Source: a virus (Duplodnaviria; Caudoviricetes). From it: 60,997 bases of DNA. The position numbers and the translations under genes are program-made. Under the pieces are notes generated by a model that saw nothing but the letters and a program-made list of their open reading frames with translations, was not told the origin of the DNA and made no database searches. Shown here piece after piece: positions 8,665-19,500 of this stretch. Position 1 is the first letter of the stretch. Each line of letters opens with the position of its first letter. The stretch spans positions 1 to 60,997 of the IMG/VR virus record IMGVR_UViG_3300031565_011186. One strand, given 5' to 3'.

Positions 8665-9381
8665 ATGAGCGAGCCCGACGCCGCCACCATTGACGCCCTC
8701 GAACTCGAGATGAACGCCATCGGTTTCCTGACCGGAACCGTCGCGGCCCTCGACGACGTCGCCTACAAGATGGCCTGGCAGGTCGCCGAGGACTACCTGG
8801 GCACGAACCTCATCACCGGCACCGTCGCGGCCGAGCGCCACATCTTCCCTCAGGGCTGGCTCGATTTTGACCTCAACTTCCGCTTCCTGCAGTTGGACAA
8901 GACATACCTCGTCAGCGTCACGACCGCGACCGTCGTGCATGACCTGGGCAGTTGCGACTGCGACACCGACGACGTCAGCGCCTGCGTCCTGGCCTACGAC
9001 CTGCGCCAGTCGACCGTCGAGGTGCGCGCCAGCAGCGGCGCCATCTCGGCCGGTTGCACATGTCTGCTGGATCTGAAGCCCGCTTGGGTCGACGTGACCT
9101 ACGTCGCGGGCATCTGGGCCTGCCTCGCGGACATCCCCGCCACGGTGAAGGTCGCGCTGGCCATCCTGGCGAAGGAGTTCCAGGCGCTCGGCGCCTCGGG
9201 CGGCGCCACGGTGAGCGCTTCCTTCGTCACGGAGTGGCAGAGCATGGACTACCAGGAACGGCTCAATCTCACCACGACCGTCCTGGGGTCGAGTCCCCAG
9301 GCCAACATGGCGGCAAGACTGCTGCGGGGCTACAGGGTGACGCGCATGGTGGGGTTCCGCGGTCGGCCGGCCGTCGACTGA
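8665..9381 (+). CDS. Head-tail connector/adaptor protein
   Basis: VAEDYLG, VTYVAG...IPATVKVA pattern; first gene of the neck module. Confidence 0.65.
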   Translation: MSEPDAATIDALELEMNAIGFLTGTVAALDDVAYKMAWQVAEDYLGTNLITGTVAAERHIFPQGWLDFDLNFRFLQLDKTYLVSVTTATVVHDLGSCDCDTDDVSACVLAYDLRQSTVEVRASSGAISAGCTCLLDLKPAWVDVTYVAGIWACLADIPATVKVALAILAKEFQALGASGGATVSASFVTEWQSMDYQERLNLTTTVLGSSPQANMAARLLRGYRVTRMVGFRGRPAVD

Positions 9382-9467
9382 TCGTTTTTTGGTTAACAAT
9401 ATTGGCCGAAAAGTGCAGCGTACTTAACAGGTCAGACCCCGCCATAATGCGGCGGTAAAGTGAGCAG

Positions 9468-9836
9468 ATGCAGGGCCTCGTCGTCATCGTCGATATCTAC
9501 GAGCAGCAGCACGCGGCCGATGACAGCGTCGGCGGGGCGGTGCGCACGGACGCGCTCCGCTACGCTGGCGTCCAGGCGCGGATCGCCAACGACCGGCCGT
9601 CTTCAGACGTCCGCATACAGGGAATCAAGCTGCCCAGAACCGTCCGGATCATCCTCTTCCCTGACGCCTACGGTGCCGTCCAGGCGGAAGACATCGTCGT
9701 GCCGCGAGACGGGCCGTGGGCCAACCAGCGGCTGAAGGTGACGGGTGTGCAGCGCTCCAGTCTCGGCGCCGGCGACCCACGCTCCCACATCCAGTTGACC
9801 GCGATCCACACGGACTACGCGCCAGGGGTGCCCTGA
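9468..9836 (+). CDS. Head closure/stopper protein
   Basis: Size, DSVGG motif, synteny. Confidence 0.55.
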   Translation: MQGLVVIVDIYEQQHAADDSVGGAVRTDALRYAGVQARIANDRPSSDVRIQGIKLPRTVRIILFPDAYGAVQAEDIVVPRDGPWANQRLKVTGVQRSSLGAGDPRSHIQLTAIHTDYAPGVP

Positions 9837-10240
9837 TGCCGGTCGAATACAAGAGTCACCTGAGGGGCAAGGCCGGACGCCTGGACATGCGCGTCCGGCT
9901 GGTGATGCAACTGGCCGGCCTCGTCCTGGCGGAGCAGATCCAGGTCTTCGCCCCGCTGCAATACGGGCACCTCACCCGCGGCATCAAGGCGGGCACGCCC
10001 ACCATCCAGGGCGGCCGGATCATCGAGACGCTCTACTCGCAGCAAGGCTACTGGAAGTTCCTCGAGTTGCCCCTGTATACGAAGGGCAGGCACTTGGGGC
10101 CGAAGTCCGTCGCGAAGGGTGCCAAGATGCCCTTCATCAAGCCAGCCTTCCGCGCCAAGAAGAAGGAGCTCCGGAAGCTCATCCGCGACGGGTTCCGCGC
10201 GGCGCTGAAGGATATCTCAGTGCCGAGGACGGCCAGATGA
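9836..10240 (+). CDS. HK97 gp10-like neck/tail completion protein
   Basis: AP..YGHLTRGI, FLE, PFIKPAF. Confidence 0.65.
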   Translation: MPVEYKSHLRGKAGRLDMRVRLVMQLAGLVLAEQIQVFAPLQYGHLTRGIKAGTPTIQGGRIIETLYSQQGYWKFLELPLYTKGRHLGPKSVAKGAKMPFIKPAFRAKKKELRKLIRDGFRAALKDISVPRTAR

Positions 10241-10647
10241 TCACACCACGCCAGGCGCAGGCCTCGGTCATCGCCCTGCTGAAGGCTGACGCAGCGCTGG
10301 TCGCCGTCGTCGCGGCCGAGATCCGCGAGGCGGAGTGGCAGGGCACCGCCTTCGTCTACCCCGCCTGCCGCGTCGACGAGAGTGACCTGAGGCCCCAGGG
10401 CACGGGCGGCTGCGCCGAGGAGTGGACGGCCCTCACCGGCGCCATCCGCGTCTTCAGCAAGGAGGAGTCCTCGGGGCAATGCCTCGACCTGCTGGGTCTC
10501 GTTCAGACCGCGATCCAGCGCCGGCACCTGATCGGCCTCGGCTACACCAGCCTGGAGATCAAGGTCGACATGACCGTGCTGCCGTACCAGGAGGAAAGCA
10601 TCTGGCGCGGCGAGGTCACCTTCTACACGACCCTCATCCCCACCTAA
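10237..10647 (+). CDS. Tail terminator protein
   Basis: LKADAALVAVV, YP motif, precedes the tail tube gene. Confidence 0.6.
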   Translation: MITPRQAQASVIALLKADAALVAVVAAEIREAEWQGTAFVYPACRVDESDLRPQGTGGCAEEWTALTGAIRVFSKEESSGQCLDLLGLVQTAIQRRHLIGLGYTSLEIKVDMTVLPYQEESIWRGEVTFYTTLIPT

Positions 10648-10670
10648 GTCCTCAACGCCTCCCGCCGCCC

Positions 10671-10687
10671 GTCGACCATTAGAGTGA
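10671..10687 (+). promoter_or_regulatory. Putative late promoter motif (GTCGACCATTAGAGTGA)
   Basis: 17-nt identity with 50337-50353; upstream of the tail tube gene. Confidence 0.7.
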
Positions 10688-10733
10688 CAGCACATCCGCG
10701 GGCCCTGACCCGCCCAAAAGGGAGGCGAGAATT

Positions 10734-11372
10734 ATGCCAACTCTAGGAACGGGCACCAGCATCCCCGTCGGGCCGGAAAGTCCTGACGAGGACATCTACC
10801 TGGAGGGCGGGCCAGACATCTGGTATCAGGACTCCGATGCGCCAGAGGCCCACAACCCCGACAGCGACGGCTACTACTGGGGTATTTCGGGCTCCGCGGC
10901 CTACCCCCTGATCCCGCTCGGGTGCTACGACGACCTCCAACTCGTCGACACGCGGACGTCGACCGTCGTCACCTGCGCCTCCCTGGGCAACGTGGCCCAG
11001 ATGCAGCGCCGTGACGCCCTCGAAGTCCAGTTGACGGTGAAGTCGCTCATGCCCCTGGCCAACCTGACGCACCTCATCGGCGGCGGCGCCGTCGTGCATA
11101 ACGCCGCTGAGGAGACGGAGAAGATGGGCATCGGGGCGCTGCCGCAGAACGACTTCTATCACGTCTTCATGAGCCGCGTCTACGACGAGACGGTCGGCGA
11201 CTACGTCTCGATCACCCTGCACAAGGTGCAGTGGATCGAGGCGACGCCGCTGAAGATGGCCTACGGCGAGCCCTGGACTTATGCGATCCGCGGCATGGCG
11301 CTCGCGGACAGCAGCATGCCAGCGGCTCAGCGGTTCGCCACCTGGCTGCGGTACGACCCGAGCGCGCTCTAG
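10734..11372 (+). CDS. Major tail (tube) protein
   Basis: Size, own promoter and RBS, position between terminator and chaperones. Confidence 0.6.
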   Translation: MPTLGTGTSIPVGPESPDEDIYLEGGPDIWYQDSDAPEAHNPDSDGYYWGISGSAAYPLIPLGCYDDLQLVDTRTSTVVTCASLGNVAQMQRRDALEVQLTVKSLMPLANLTHLIGGGAVVHNAAEETEKMGIGALPQNDFYHVFMSRVYDETVGDYVSITLHKVQWIEATPLKMAYGEPWTYAIRGMALADSSMPAAQRFATWLRYDPSAL

Positions 11373-11384
11373 TCGGGAGGCCGC

Positions 11385-12047
11385 TTGAGGCGGCAACTGG
11401 TCGACTATCTGGAGGCCCTAAGCCTTCGCGATGCGACCGCCGAGATCACACTCGGCGGTCGTGTCTTCGCCGTCAGGCGCGGGCGCCTGGGCGACCACTA
11501 TCGCCTGGCCGCTTTGTCTGTCGGCCTGAAACTGCCGGCCGGCGCCGCCGGCTACGTTGCCCAAGCCAGCGGCCTCGACCTCCCCGAACTCTCGCCGACC
11601 GCCGGCGAGATCGCCGAGGCCTTCTGCACCCTCCATGACCTCAACGCCTTTCGCGGCACGTTGCCCGTACAGTGGTCAACGGCGCCCGAGGCGAACGACC
11701 GTCCCGAGGACTATCCTCACCGCGCCCTGAGCAGCCTGGTGGCCAACCTCGCGCGCGCTTATGGCTGGACGGCCGACCATATCCTTGAGAGGGTCGGGCC
11801 CGAGGAGGCGGTCTGCTACCTGCAGGAAGCGGTCGTCGCCGAGCATGCTGAGCGCGGTTTCTTGTGGGAGATCGCCGACCTGCGCGACCGGAATCACCGA
11901 CATATCAACTACCCGCCACTGCCCTGGGCGAAATTGCAGCGGCGGCGCGGCCGGCCAGCCGGCCCATTGCCAGAGAAGTTCCGCCCACAGGGCCTTCAGT
12001 TCACCCTGCCGGAACGCAAGAAGGGAAAGGGGATGCCCAATGTCTAA
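11385..12047 (+). CDS. Probable tail assembly chaperone
   Basis: GGGAGG RBS with TTG start; LARAYGWT..IL gpT-like motif; synteny. Confidence 0.55.
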   Translation: MRRQLVDYLEALSLRDATAEITLGGRVFAVRRGRLGDHYRLAALSVGLKLPAGAAGYVAQASGLDLPELSPTAGEIAEAFCTLHDLNAFRGTLPVQWSTAPEANDRPEDYPHRALSSLVANLARAYGWTADHILERVGPEEAVCYLQEAVVAEHAERGFLWEIADLRDRNHRHINYPPLPWAKLQRRRGRPAGPLPEKFRPQGLQFTLPERKKGKGMPNV

Positions 12048-12567
12048 GGTCACTGTCGCGGGTACCGATCACGAGGTGCCGCCCCTGAACGGCGTGGCCG
12101 GTCTGGAGGCGGCGCAGATGCTGATCCCTCACCTGGTGGTGGCGCAGGGCGCTATCGACCGCCTGGCCGTCATCGCCGCCACAGCGCCCGTCGATGAGGC
12201 GGGGAACGTCCAGTTGGGCCAGGTGCAGATCCAGGGCGCGCTCTCGGCTGCAGCCGGTATCGGCGAGGCCATGCTGCCGCTGCTGAAGCCGGACGACTTC
12301 GTTCACCTGACGTCGCTGTTGACGTCCGTGCCGGAGGAGGAACTCCGCAAGGCGACGCTCGGCGAGCTCCTGGACGCCGCTGCGGTCGGTCTGGTGAACG
12401 CCGACATCCGCTCCATCATGGGCGCGACGGGCAAGATCTATCAGGAGATTCTCAGGGGCAGCCGCAACGCGGCACCGGCACCACAGCCCTCCGAGGCCAA
12501 GCAGTTGCAGGAGGAAGCGCAAACCGAGTTCGCCGAGCGGCCGCCCGAGGCTCCGCCCGAGGAGTAA
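12040..12567 (+). CDS. Probable second tail assembly chaperone
   Basis: Helical acidic protein directly upstream of the tape measure gene. Confidence 0.5.
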   Translation: MSKVTVAGTDHEVPPLNGVAGLEAAQMLIPHLVVAQGAIDRLAVIAATAPVDEAGNVQLGQVQIQGALSAAAGIGEAMLPLLKPDDFVHLTSLLTSVPEEELRKATLGELLDAAAVGLVNADIRSIMGATGKIYQEILRGSRNAAPAPQPSEAKQLQEEAQTEFAERPPEAPPEE

Positions 12568-12570
12568 CGC

Positions 12571-15500
12571 ATGGTCTCTCCAGTCGGAGGAGGCAGCGCA
12601 GTCGACGAGGCGATCTTCCGCCTCGTCGCTGACACCCGCGGCTTCATCACCAGCGTCCAGAGCGCGGGGCAGCAGGCGGCAGGCCAACTGAGGCAGGTCG
12701 ACGCCGCTGCCGAGAAGAACGTCAGCACCGTCGGCAAGATCGGCTCGCAGTTCACCAGGATGGTGGGCCTGGCTGCGGCCGCAGCCGCGGCCTTCGCCGC
12801 CGTCAAGTTCGGTACGGGCGCCGAGCAGTACGAGGCGACGCTCTCGCGCATCTGGGCCCTGACGTCCCTGACCACAGACGAAGTTAACCGGATGGGCAGG
12901 GAGATCGTCGAAATGGCCCCCGAGATGGGCAAGGGCCCGAACGAACTCGCCGAGGGCTTCTACTTCGCCGCCTCGACGATCGACGACGCTGATAAGGCCC
13001 TGGCCGTCCTCACCGCCAGCGCGAAGGCCTCCTCCGTTGGCCTGGGCGACACCAAGACCGTCGTGGACGCGCTGACCAGCGCGATGAACGCCTACAACCT
13101 CGGGGCAGACGACGCTGCGCGCGTGACGGACATCCTGCTCAACACGGTCAAATACGGCAAGATGGAGCCTGCGGATCTGGCGCAGTCGCTCGGCCGCGTC
13201 CTGCCGGTCGCCTCCGCGCTGAAGCTCGAGCTCGAAGACCTCGGCGCCTCCCTGGCCGTCCTGTCGAACGTCGGTCTCAGCACCGAGGAGGCCGTCACGG
13301 CCGTGCGGCAAGTCCTCGTCACTCTCATTAAGCCGACAAAGCAGGCAAACGACCTTCTCAAGAGCGTGGGGCTGGACGTGGGCGACCTCCGCGACAGCCT
13401 CGGCACAACGGGGCTCCTGCCGACGCTGAACATGATCATCGACGCGACCGAGGGCAACGTCGACGCCCTCAGTGAGATCTTCCCCAACATCCGAGCCCTC
13501 ATCGGCGTCCTGGGAACGGCCGGCGTCCAGGGCGAGCGCTACGGCGAGATCCTTGAAGGCATTCGGAACGGGATGGGCGCGACCGACATAGCCTTCGAGC
13601 ACCACACGCACACGCTCGAGTACGCCCAGCAGCGTCTGCGCGCTACCATCGAGGCGGGCGCCTACAAGATCCTGCTCACGACGCTGCCAGCGATCTCCGC
13701 CGCGCTGAGTGATACGACCCATGCGTTCGAGACGTTGGAGCCCGCCCTCTCGCCCGTCGGCAGCAGTCTGAAGGTCATCGCCGACGTCCTGAACGCGCTC
13801 AAACCGATCCTCGTCATCCTGACGGCCCTCTGGGCCGCGCATCGCATCCAGATGCTCTTAGTCGCCTCCGCTACCTGGCAGGCCGCTGCCGCCAACATGG
13901 CCATGCTGACGGGCGGGCCCTCGCGGGCCCTGGCGTCCGCGACGATGGGCCTCGCTGCCGGTACCGTCGCGCTGGCGACATCCTGGGTCGGCGTCGCCAT
14001 CGCCATCGGGGCGACGGACATCGCCCTGCGGAAGATGACCGGCAGCGGTCTCCTCTCCTGGCTGACCGGCGCGGCCCAGGCGCAGCGGCGATACGCCGAA
14101 TCGCTCCGCGAGACGGGCGACGCCCAGCAGCGCATGAACGACCTTGTCAAGGAAGGCATGACGGCCCAGCAGGCGCAGACCAAGGAGTTCGAGAGGCTGG
14201 CCGCTCGGGCGAAGGAGGTCGTGGAGCGCAACCTCCCGCCCTCGGGGCCGTTCATCCCCTCCCCGACGTTCGACATCAAGGAGCCCCTCTTCGGACTGCT
14301 GAGAACCAGGCGCAGCGAGGCGCAAAAAGAAGCGGTCTCCGACCTGAAGGCGCTGCACGAGCAGGTCATGAAGCTCAATCCGTCCTATCAGCAACTGCGG
14401 GACTTCACTGCGGGCAGCGACGCCATGACGAAGCTCTTCGCCGATGACCTTGACCGGCTCAAGGAGGCCTTCGACGCCGTCGCCCTCCAGCAGGAGGTCG
14501 ACCACATCAAGGACATGGCCGACGCCATGAGGGACGCCGCCGAGGGTACAGTCGAGCTCGTCGACGCGGCGAAGACACTGAAGGAGCAATACTCGGCCCT
14601 GGACGCCGCGATCTCGCTGGCCGGCGACACGCTCAAGGGCCAGGAGGCCACGACCCTGGCCTACCTGAAGCTCCAACAAAGCAACCTGGAGCGCCAGAAG
14701 AATCTCGCGCCCGTGGGCACCTGGACGTCCGACCAGGAGAAGCAACTGCAGGCGACGAGCAAGGCGATCGAGAACGTCACCGCACAACTCGAAACCGGCA
14801 AGAACGCCCTCGCGCTGTACGGCTATTCGATGGTCACCTACCTGGGCGGCAACCTGGTCGACTCCGCGAACAAAGTCACCGAATTGGGCGACCGCTTCTC
14901 GCAGTTGCCGCCCGAAATCATCACGCTGATCAAGGCCGTGCTGCCCGAGATGCAGATGGCCCAGATGTACCTGTTCATGGAGGCCCTCCGCCGCGGGGCC
15001 ACCTTCAACGTCGCGATCAAGGTCTCCTCGGCGGGGACGGAGAGCAACCTGAAGGCCTGGGCCGAGTCGTGGGACAGGATGAGCAGTCGACAGCAGGCCT
15101 ACGTCAAGGGGAAGCTCGCCATCACCGGCCCGAACGACCCGACAATACAGGAGCTCTACGACCTCAGCCAGGCCGTCAACGCCTTCGATGAGAGCGTCAA
15201 CGCCCTCTTGCCCACGGTCACGGGCTCCGGTGCCGCGGCCGCCAAGGGGATGAGCGAGGCCGAGAAGGGCCTGCGGGCCCTCCAGGCGGCCTTCAAGGCT
15301 TCCGGCATGACCGCGCTCGAGTGGGCCTTCGTGATGAAGATCGTGCAGCAGGCGGCGAAGGACTTTAACCTGTCGGGCGAGCAGATGGTCGAGATCCTGC
15401 GCCTCAGCGGCCTCTCGGCCATGGAGTTCGCCCAGCGCCTCTGGGCCCTGACCGTCCTGGAGCAGGTCAAGCGGGATGCGACCGAGGCGGCCGATGCCGT

Positions 15501-16197
15501 CGACGGTCTCTATGACGCCTTCAGCAAACTCTACGGGCAGCCCACCAGGGAGGAGGCCGCCCTGAAGCTCACACTGGCGGACTTGAAACTGAGGCGGGAG
15601 GAATCGCTGCAGTACGCCGGAGCGAACAAGGGCAGCGTCGCGGCCTACGTCAGGGAACTGGACAAGCAGATCGCTCAGATCGAGGACGACCTCGAACTCC
15701 GGCGCCTGCACCAGGACGTCGCGCGGGCCGAGTTGGACGTCTCCAACCAGGTGCTCCTCAATGACCAGCAGCAGTTGACCGTCACGGGCTGGCTCATCAC
15801 CGCGATGGGCGGCGCCTCGGCCAGCGCCGCAGCCCTGGGCACGACCGCCTTCGCCTCATCGATCCGACTGCAGCAGTGGACGCGGGATCTCGGTAACTGG
15901 ATGGAGGCCATCGGGGCCACGAGGCCGGAGGGCTTCCAGGGCGGCGGCATCATCCCAGGGCCCCGCGGCGCGCCGATCTTGATCCTCGCACACGGCCAGG
16001 AGGTCATGCTGACGCCTGACCAGTATGCGGAACTGCGGGGCGGTTACGGCTTCAACATGCCCATCAGCATCACGGCCCAGGGCGCCGACTTCGATATGAT
16101 CCGGCGCGCGGCGCATGAGGCCGTCGAGGCCGCTCTCCAGGGATCGCGGGCCCGCTGGTATCGGGCCGGCGCGAGCCTGAGCGGCTCCATCGGATAG
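12571..16197 (+). CDS. Tail tape measure protein (TP901-type core)
   Basis: 1208 aa, Ala-rich helical; ELAEGFYFAAS, TDILLNTVKYGK, C-terminal FQGGGIIPG...AHGQE. Confidence 0.93.
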   Translation: MVSPVGGGSAVDEAIFRLVADTRGFITSVQSAGQQAAGQLRQVDAAAEKNVSTVGKIGSQFTRMVGLAAAAAAAFAAVKFGTGAEQYEATLSRIWALTSLTTDEVNRMGREIVEMAPEMGKGPNELAEGFYFAASTIDDADKALAVLTASAKASSVGLGDTKTVVDALTSAMNAYNLGADDAARVTDILLNTVKYGKMEPADLAQSLGRVLPVASALKLELEDLGASLAVLSNVGLSTEEAVTAVRQVLVTLIKPTKQANDLLKSVGLDVGDLRDSLGTTGLLPTLNMIIDATEGNVDALSEIFPNIRALIGVLGTAGVQGERYGEILEGIRNGMGATDIAFEHHTHTLEYAQQRLRATIEAGAYKILLTTLPAISAALSDTTHAFETLEPALSPVGSSLKVIADVLNALKPILVILTALWAAHRIQMLLVASATWQAAAANMAMLTGGPSRALASATMGLAAGTVALATSWVGVAIAIGATDIALRKMTGSGLLSWLTGAAQAQRRYAESLRETGDAQQRMNDLVKEGMTAQQAQTKEFERLAARAKEVVERNLPPSGPFIPSPTFDIKEPLFGLLRTRRSEAQKEAVSDLKALHEQVMKLNPSYQQLRDFTAGSDAMTKLFADDLDRLKEAFDAVALQQEVDHIKDMADAMRDAAEGTVELVDAAKTLKEQYSALDAAISLAGDTLKGQEATTLAYLKLQQSNLERQKNLAPVGTWTSDQEKQLQATSKAIENVTAQLETGKNALALYGYSMVTYLGGNLVDSANKVTELGDRFSQLPPEIITLIKAVLPEMQMAQMYLFMEALRRGATFNVAIKVSSAGTESNLKAWAESWDRMSSRQQAYVKGKLAITGPNDPTIQELYDLSQAVNAFDESVNALLPTVTGSGAAAAKGMSEAEKGLRALQAAFKASGMTALEWAFVMKIVQQAAKDFNLSGEQMVEILRLSGLSAMEFAQRLWALTVLEQVKRDATEAADAVDGLYDAFSKLYGQPTREEAALKLTLADLKLRREESLQYAGANKGSVAAYVRELDKQIAQIEDDLELRRLHQDVARAELDVSNQVLLNDQQQLTVTGWLITAMGGASASAAALGTTAFASSIRLQQWTRDLGNWMEAIGATRPEGFQGGGIIPGPRGAPILILAHGQEVMLTPDQYAELRGGYGFNMPISITAQGADFDMIRRAAHEAVEAALQGSRARWYRAGASLSGSIG

Positions 16198-16207
16198 GAG
16201 GCGCACA

Positions 16208-16567
16208 GTGGCAGGTTTCAGCACCTTCACTTTCACAGGAGACGAGGGCGTCATCGCCGGAACAGACTCCGGCTGGGTGCCGGAGCCGAGCGTCCGACGG
16301 GGCAAGAACCTCGGGGCGATTCGTGACTCCCTGCTGGTCATGAACGTCGGCTCGATGATGCGCTCCTTCACCGTCTACCTGACGCCCGCGCGGTTGACCG
16401 TTCTGCAGGCGCTGCAGAATACCGTCGCGACCTTCACTGACTGGTTTGCCACGCCGGTCAGCCGCACGGCCTTCCTGCTAAGTGCCGTGCCGACTGACGT
16501 GTCGATGCCAGGCCTGGGCGTGGCGGGCGAGTTGCTACAGGTGAGGGTGACGCTGATCTCGCAATGA
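16208..16567 (+). CDS. Probable distal tail protein
   Basis: Position after the tape measure gene, AGGAGG RBS. Confidence 0.5.
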   Translation: MAGFSTFTFTGDEGVIAGTDSGWVPEPSVRRGKNLGAIRDSLLVMNVGSMMRSFTVYLTPARLTVLQALQNTVATFTDWFATPVSRTAFLLSAVPTDVSMPGLGVAGELLQVRVTLISQ

Positions 16568-19500
16568 CCACCATCTCTGACCTCTACAAATTCACCGACG
16601 CCAAGACCCATTCTTGGCGCATCATGATCGGCGCTGTGACGCTCACAGACGTCGAGGACGCGGGCTGGGACTTCAAGGTGGGCGTCATCCCCACGGCCTT
16701 CATCAAGGTGCCTGGGCGGGCGCCAGCCGCGGCTGTGTACCAGGCCAGGGTGACGATCGACACCGGCTTCGACGGCCTGATGGAGCGCCAGTTCACCGGC
16801 ATCGTGCAGGACGTCGACCCCTCGGAGCAGGGCGACACCATCCGCTGCGTCGGCGAGTCCTGGCCCCTGGACGTCAACTATCACGAGGTCGTGTACACCT
16901 TCAACAACGTGACGGCGCACGACGCCCTGGAGGATCTGTTCGACGACTCGGGCATCGAGCACTTCGCCGTCAGCGTGCCCGCCTGGACGATTTGCAGCGT
17001 CCTGGAGCAGGAGCACGAGTGGGAGACGTACGGCGAGGCCATCACGGCCATCGGCGAGGTCGACGGCTGCCGCTGGTACGAGCTCCCGACCGGCACCGTC
17101 CGGATCCACGAGCAAGACCCCATCCCCGCCGCGACCTACTGGCGCACCTACTTCACCGGCGTCTTGGCGCCTGGCTACACGATGACCTGGCCGGCCGGCA
17201 CGAGCGAGGCGGTTGACGGCTACCCGCGGATCCGCAATGTGGGCGGGCAGTCGCGGCTGCGTGACTGCAAGAACCGCGCCCGCGTCATGGGCGCCGTCAT
17301 CGACACCGCCGGCGGGCACGGCACCACGGATGCGGTCGACATCACCGCGACCGCCTACGCCGCCTCGCCGTGGGTGCTGAACCCCGACGGCTCCCAGGCC
17401 TATAACGACCTGCTCTTCAACAGCGACCTCATCGACACGGACGACAAGGCAGGCGACGTCGCCGTCCGGTTGGTGGTGGCCAACAACCGCCTCGTGATGA
17501 CGGTGAACGTCCAGATCGAGGGCGACCCCGAGATGCGCCTCTGCCGCACCGTCCGGATCGTCGACCCCGCCTACTCGGGCATCAACAGCCGCTGGTACGT
17601 CGAGGGCTACAGCAGCCGGATCAACAAGGACGACTTCGTGACGAGCCTGACGCTCATCGGCGGCCCCGAGGCGGGCTCGCAGGTGATGATCGACCCCTTC
17701 GCCGTCTTCAGCTACTCCATCGAGCGCGAGGTCATCGGCGACAAAGAGTGGGCGACCGTGACGTTCGACGCGACGCCGTCCTACGACGTCGACGGGCACA
17801 TCGATAGCTATCTCTGGAGCGACAACCTCGGCATCATCGCGGGCACCGACGCGGTCATGAACGTGCGCTGCGACGCCGAGACCACGACCGGCTGGCTCGT
17901 CACCCTCACCGTCACGGACAACGACGGCCTCACCAACACGCTGACGATTCCCGTCGACGTCCAGCCCGCCACAAACCCCGACGTCTTCATTCCGGCCCTC
18001 TTCGTCGCCTTCGGCACCCACGCTTCCGGCACACCGGACGGCGGCGTGACGTGGAACGACCAGGCCCTGGCGGGGTGCATCTCGGCTGGCGCCAAGGCGG
18101 CGGACGGCGTTCACTCCGGCATCGGCTGCTTCGGCACGTCGACCGGCGAGATCTACCGCACGACCGACTGCTGCGCCACAGCCCCGACGCTGGTGCTGGA
18201 CAACGCGGGCGGCGGGGCCGGTTACCCCGTCAACTACATCTGGTGGGATCTCAACCAACCGACCGTCGTGTGGGCCGTCACGGACAACGGCAGCCTCTAC
18301 TGGTCGTGGGATGACGGCATTACGTGGGTTCTCTACGACGACCTCGCGGCTCTCTTCGGCCTGGTCAACATCAAATGCACGCGCATCGGAACTCCTATCG
18401 GCGGCTCCGTCTGGGTCTTCGGCGGCACCGGCACGGGCTACCCGTTGATTGTCCGCGACCCCGTCGTGGGCTCGCACAACTGGGCGGGCGTGAGCCTGGG
18501 CACGGTAGCGAACAGCGAACTGATGGCCGACCTGGACGCCAGCGCCTACCCCGTCGACCTCTACGTGGCGGACTACGCGGATCCTGGCGGCTACGCGGCC
18601 ATGATCCTGAACTCCGCGACGCACCCGACGGCGGTCTACGGCACGGACGACATTCACGGCGACGGCTCGCACTGGAAGAGGGCGACGGGGCTGCCGGCCA
18701 AGACCTACGGCAAGTGGCTCTCGCTGGACGCCGACCCCGCGAAGTTCGCCTTCGGCTTCAATGACAACGTGAACTACGTCGGCGACGTGACGGCGGGGGC
18801 GCTGGCTGTTGCGGCGGCGGCTGCCTCGCTGGACGTGGGCGACTTCCCCAATCACGGGATCTGGCTCGGCTGGTGGGTCAACGGGAAGGCCGGCACCTAC
18901 ATCGTCGCCGCGGAGGCGACCGGCACGACTGCCGGTACGCTCTACAAGACCTGGGATCGGTTCGCTCACGTGGGCAAGATCCGGCCCGCGACAGGCTTCA
19001 CCGCGCCGCCCGCGGGCGCGAAGGCCAAGATGGTCGCGATGGGAGCGCCAGGGACGTCGGTGCCTGGCCTCACTGGACTTATCGTCCAGCAGGGTGCGCT
19101 GGGGAGCGCCGCCGCCGCCACGTATCAAGTCGCTAAGTTGTTTGGAACATGGGCACCAGTATCGAGCAACGCTGAGGCGGCGAGTCCGAAGACGCTGAGG
19201 CGGCTGGGGGCAAATCTGTATCGCATCCTCGCCTATGAGGCCGAGAACTCCTACAACGGCCCACAATTCGGCCAATTGCAGCGATCACCGGACGGGGGCG
19301 TGACGTGGTCGAATGTTGGCCCTGCACCGCTTCACGCGGGCGGCGGTACGGATGAATGGGGTTGCAATTCGGTCTGCATCGCAGCAAACGGCTACCTCTT
19401 CGCGAGCTACTGCGGCAATGCAGTAAGCGATATTGGCGGCACCTACTGGGGCGAAATCTGGCGGAGCACCGACGACGGCGTGACGTGGACGCGCGTCTAT

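Noticed and set aside
12023-12029. Lambda-type slippery sequence G GGA AAG at the end of the first tail chaperone gene
   Set aside because: A -1 shift enters the frame that stops at 12088, not the 12040-12567 ORF (which is +1); it more likely serves as that gene's RBS
16375-19275. Very long minus-strand ORFs (966 aa here; also 12001-13842, 13858-15711, 6529-8019)
   Set aside because: Antisense shadows of GC3-rich real genes, with no motifs or RBS
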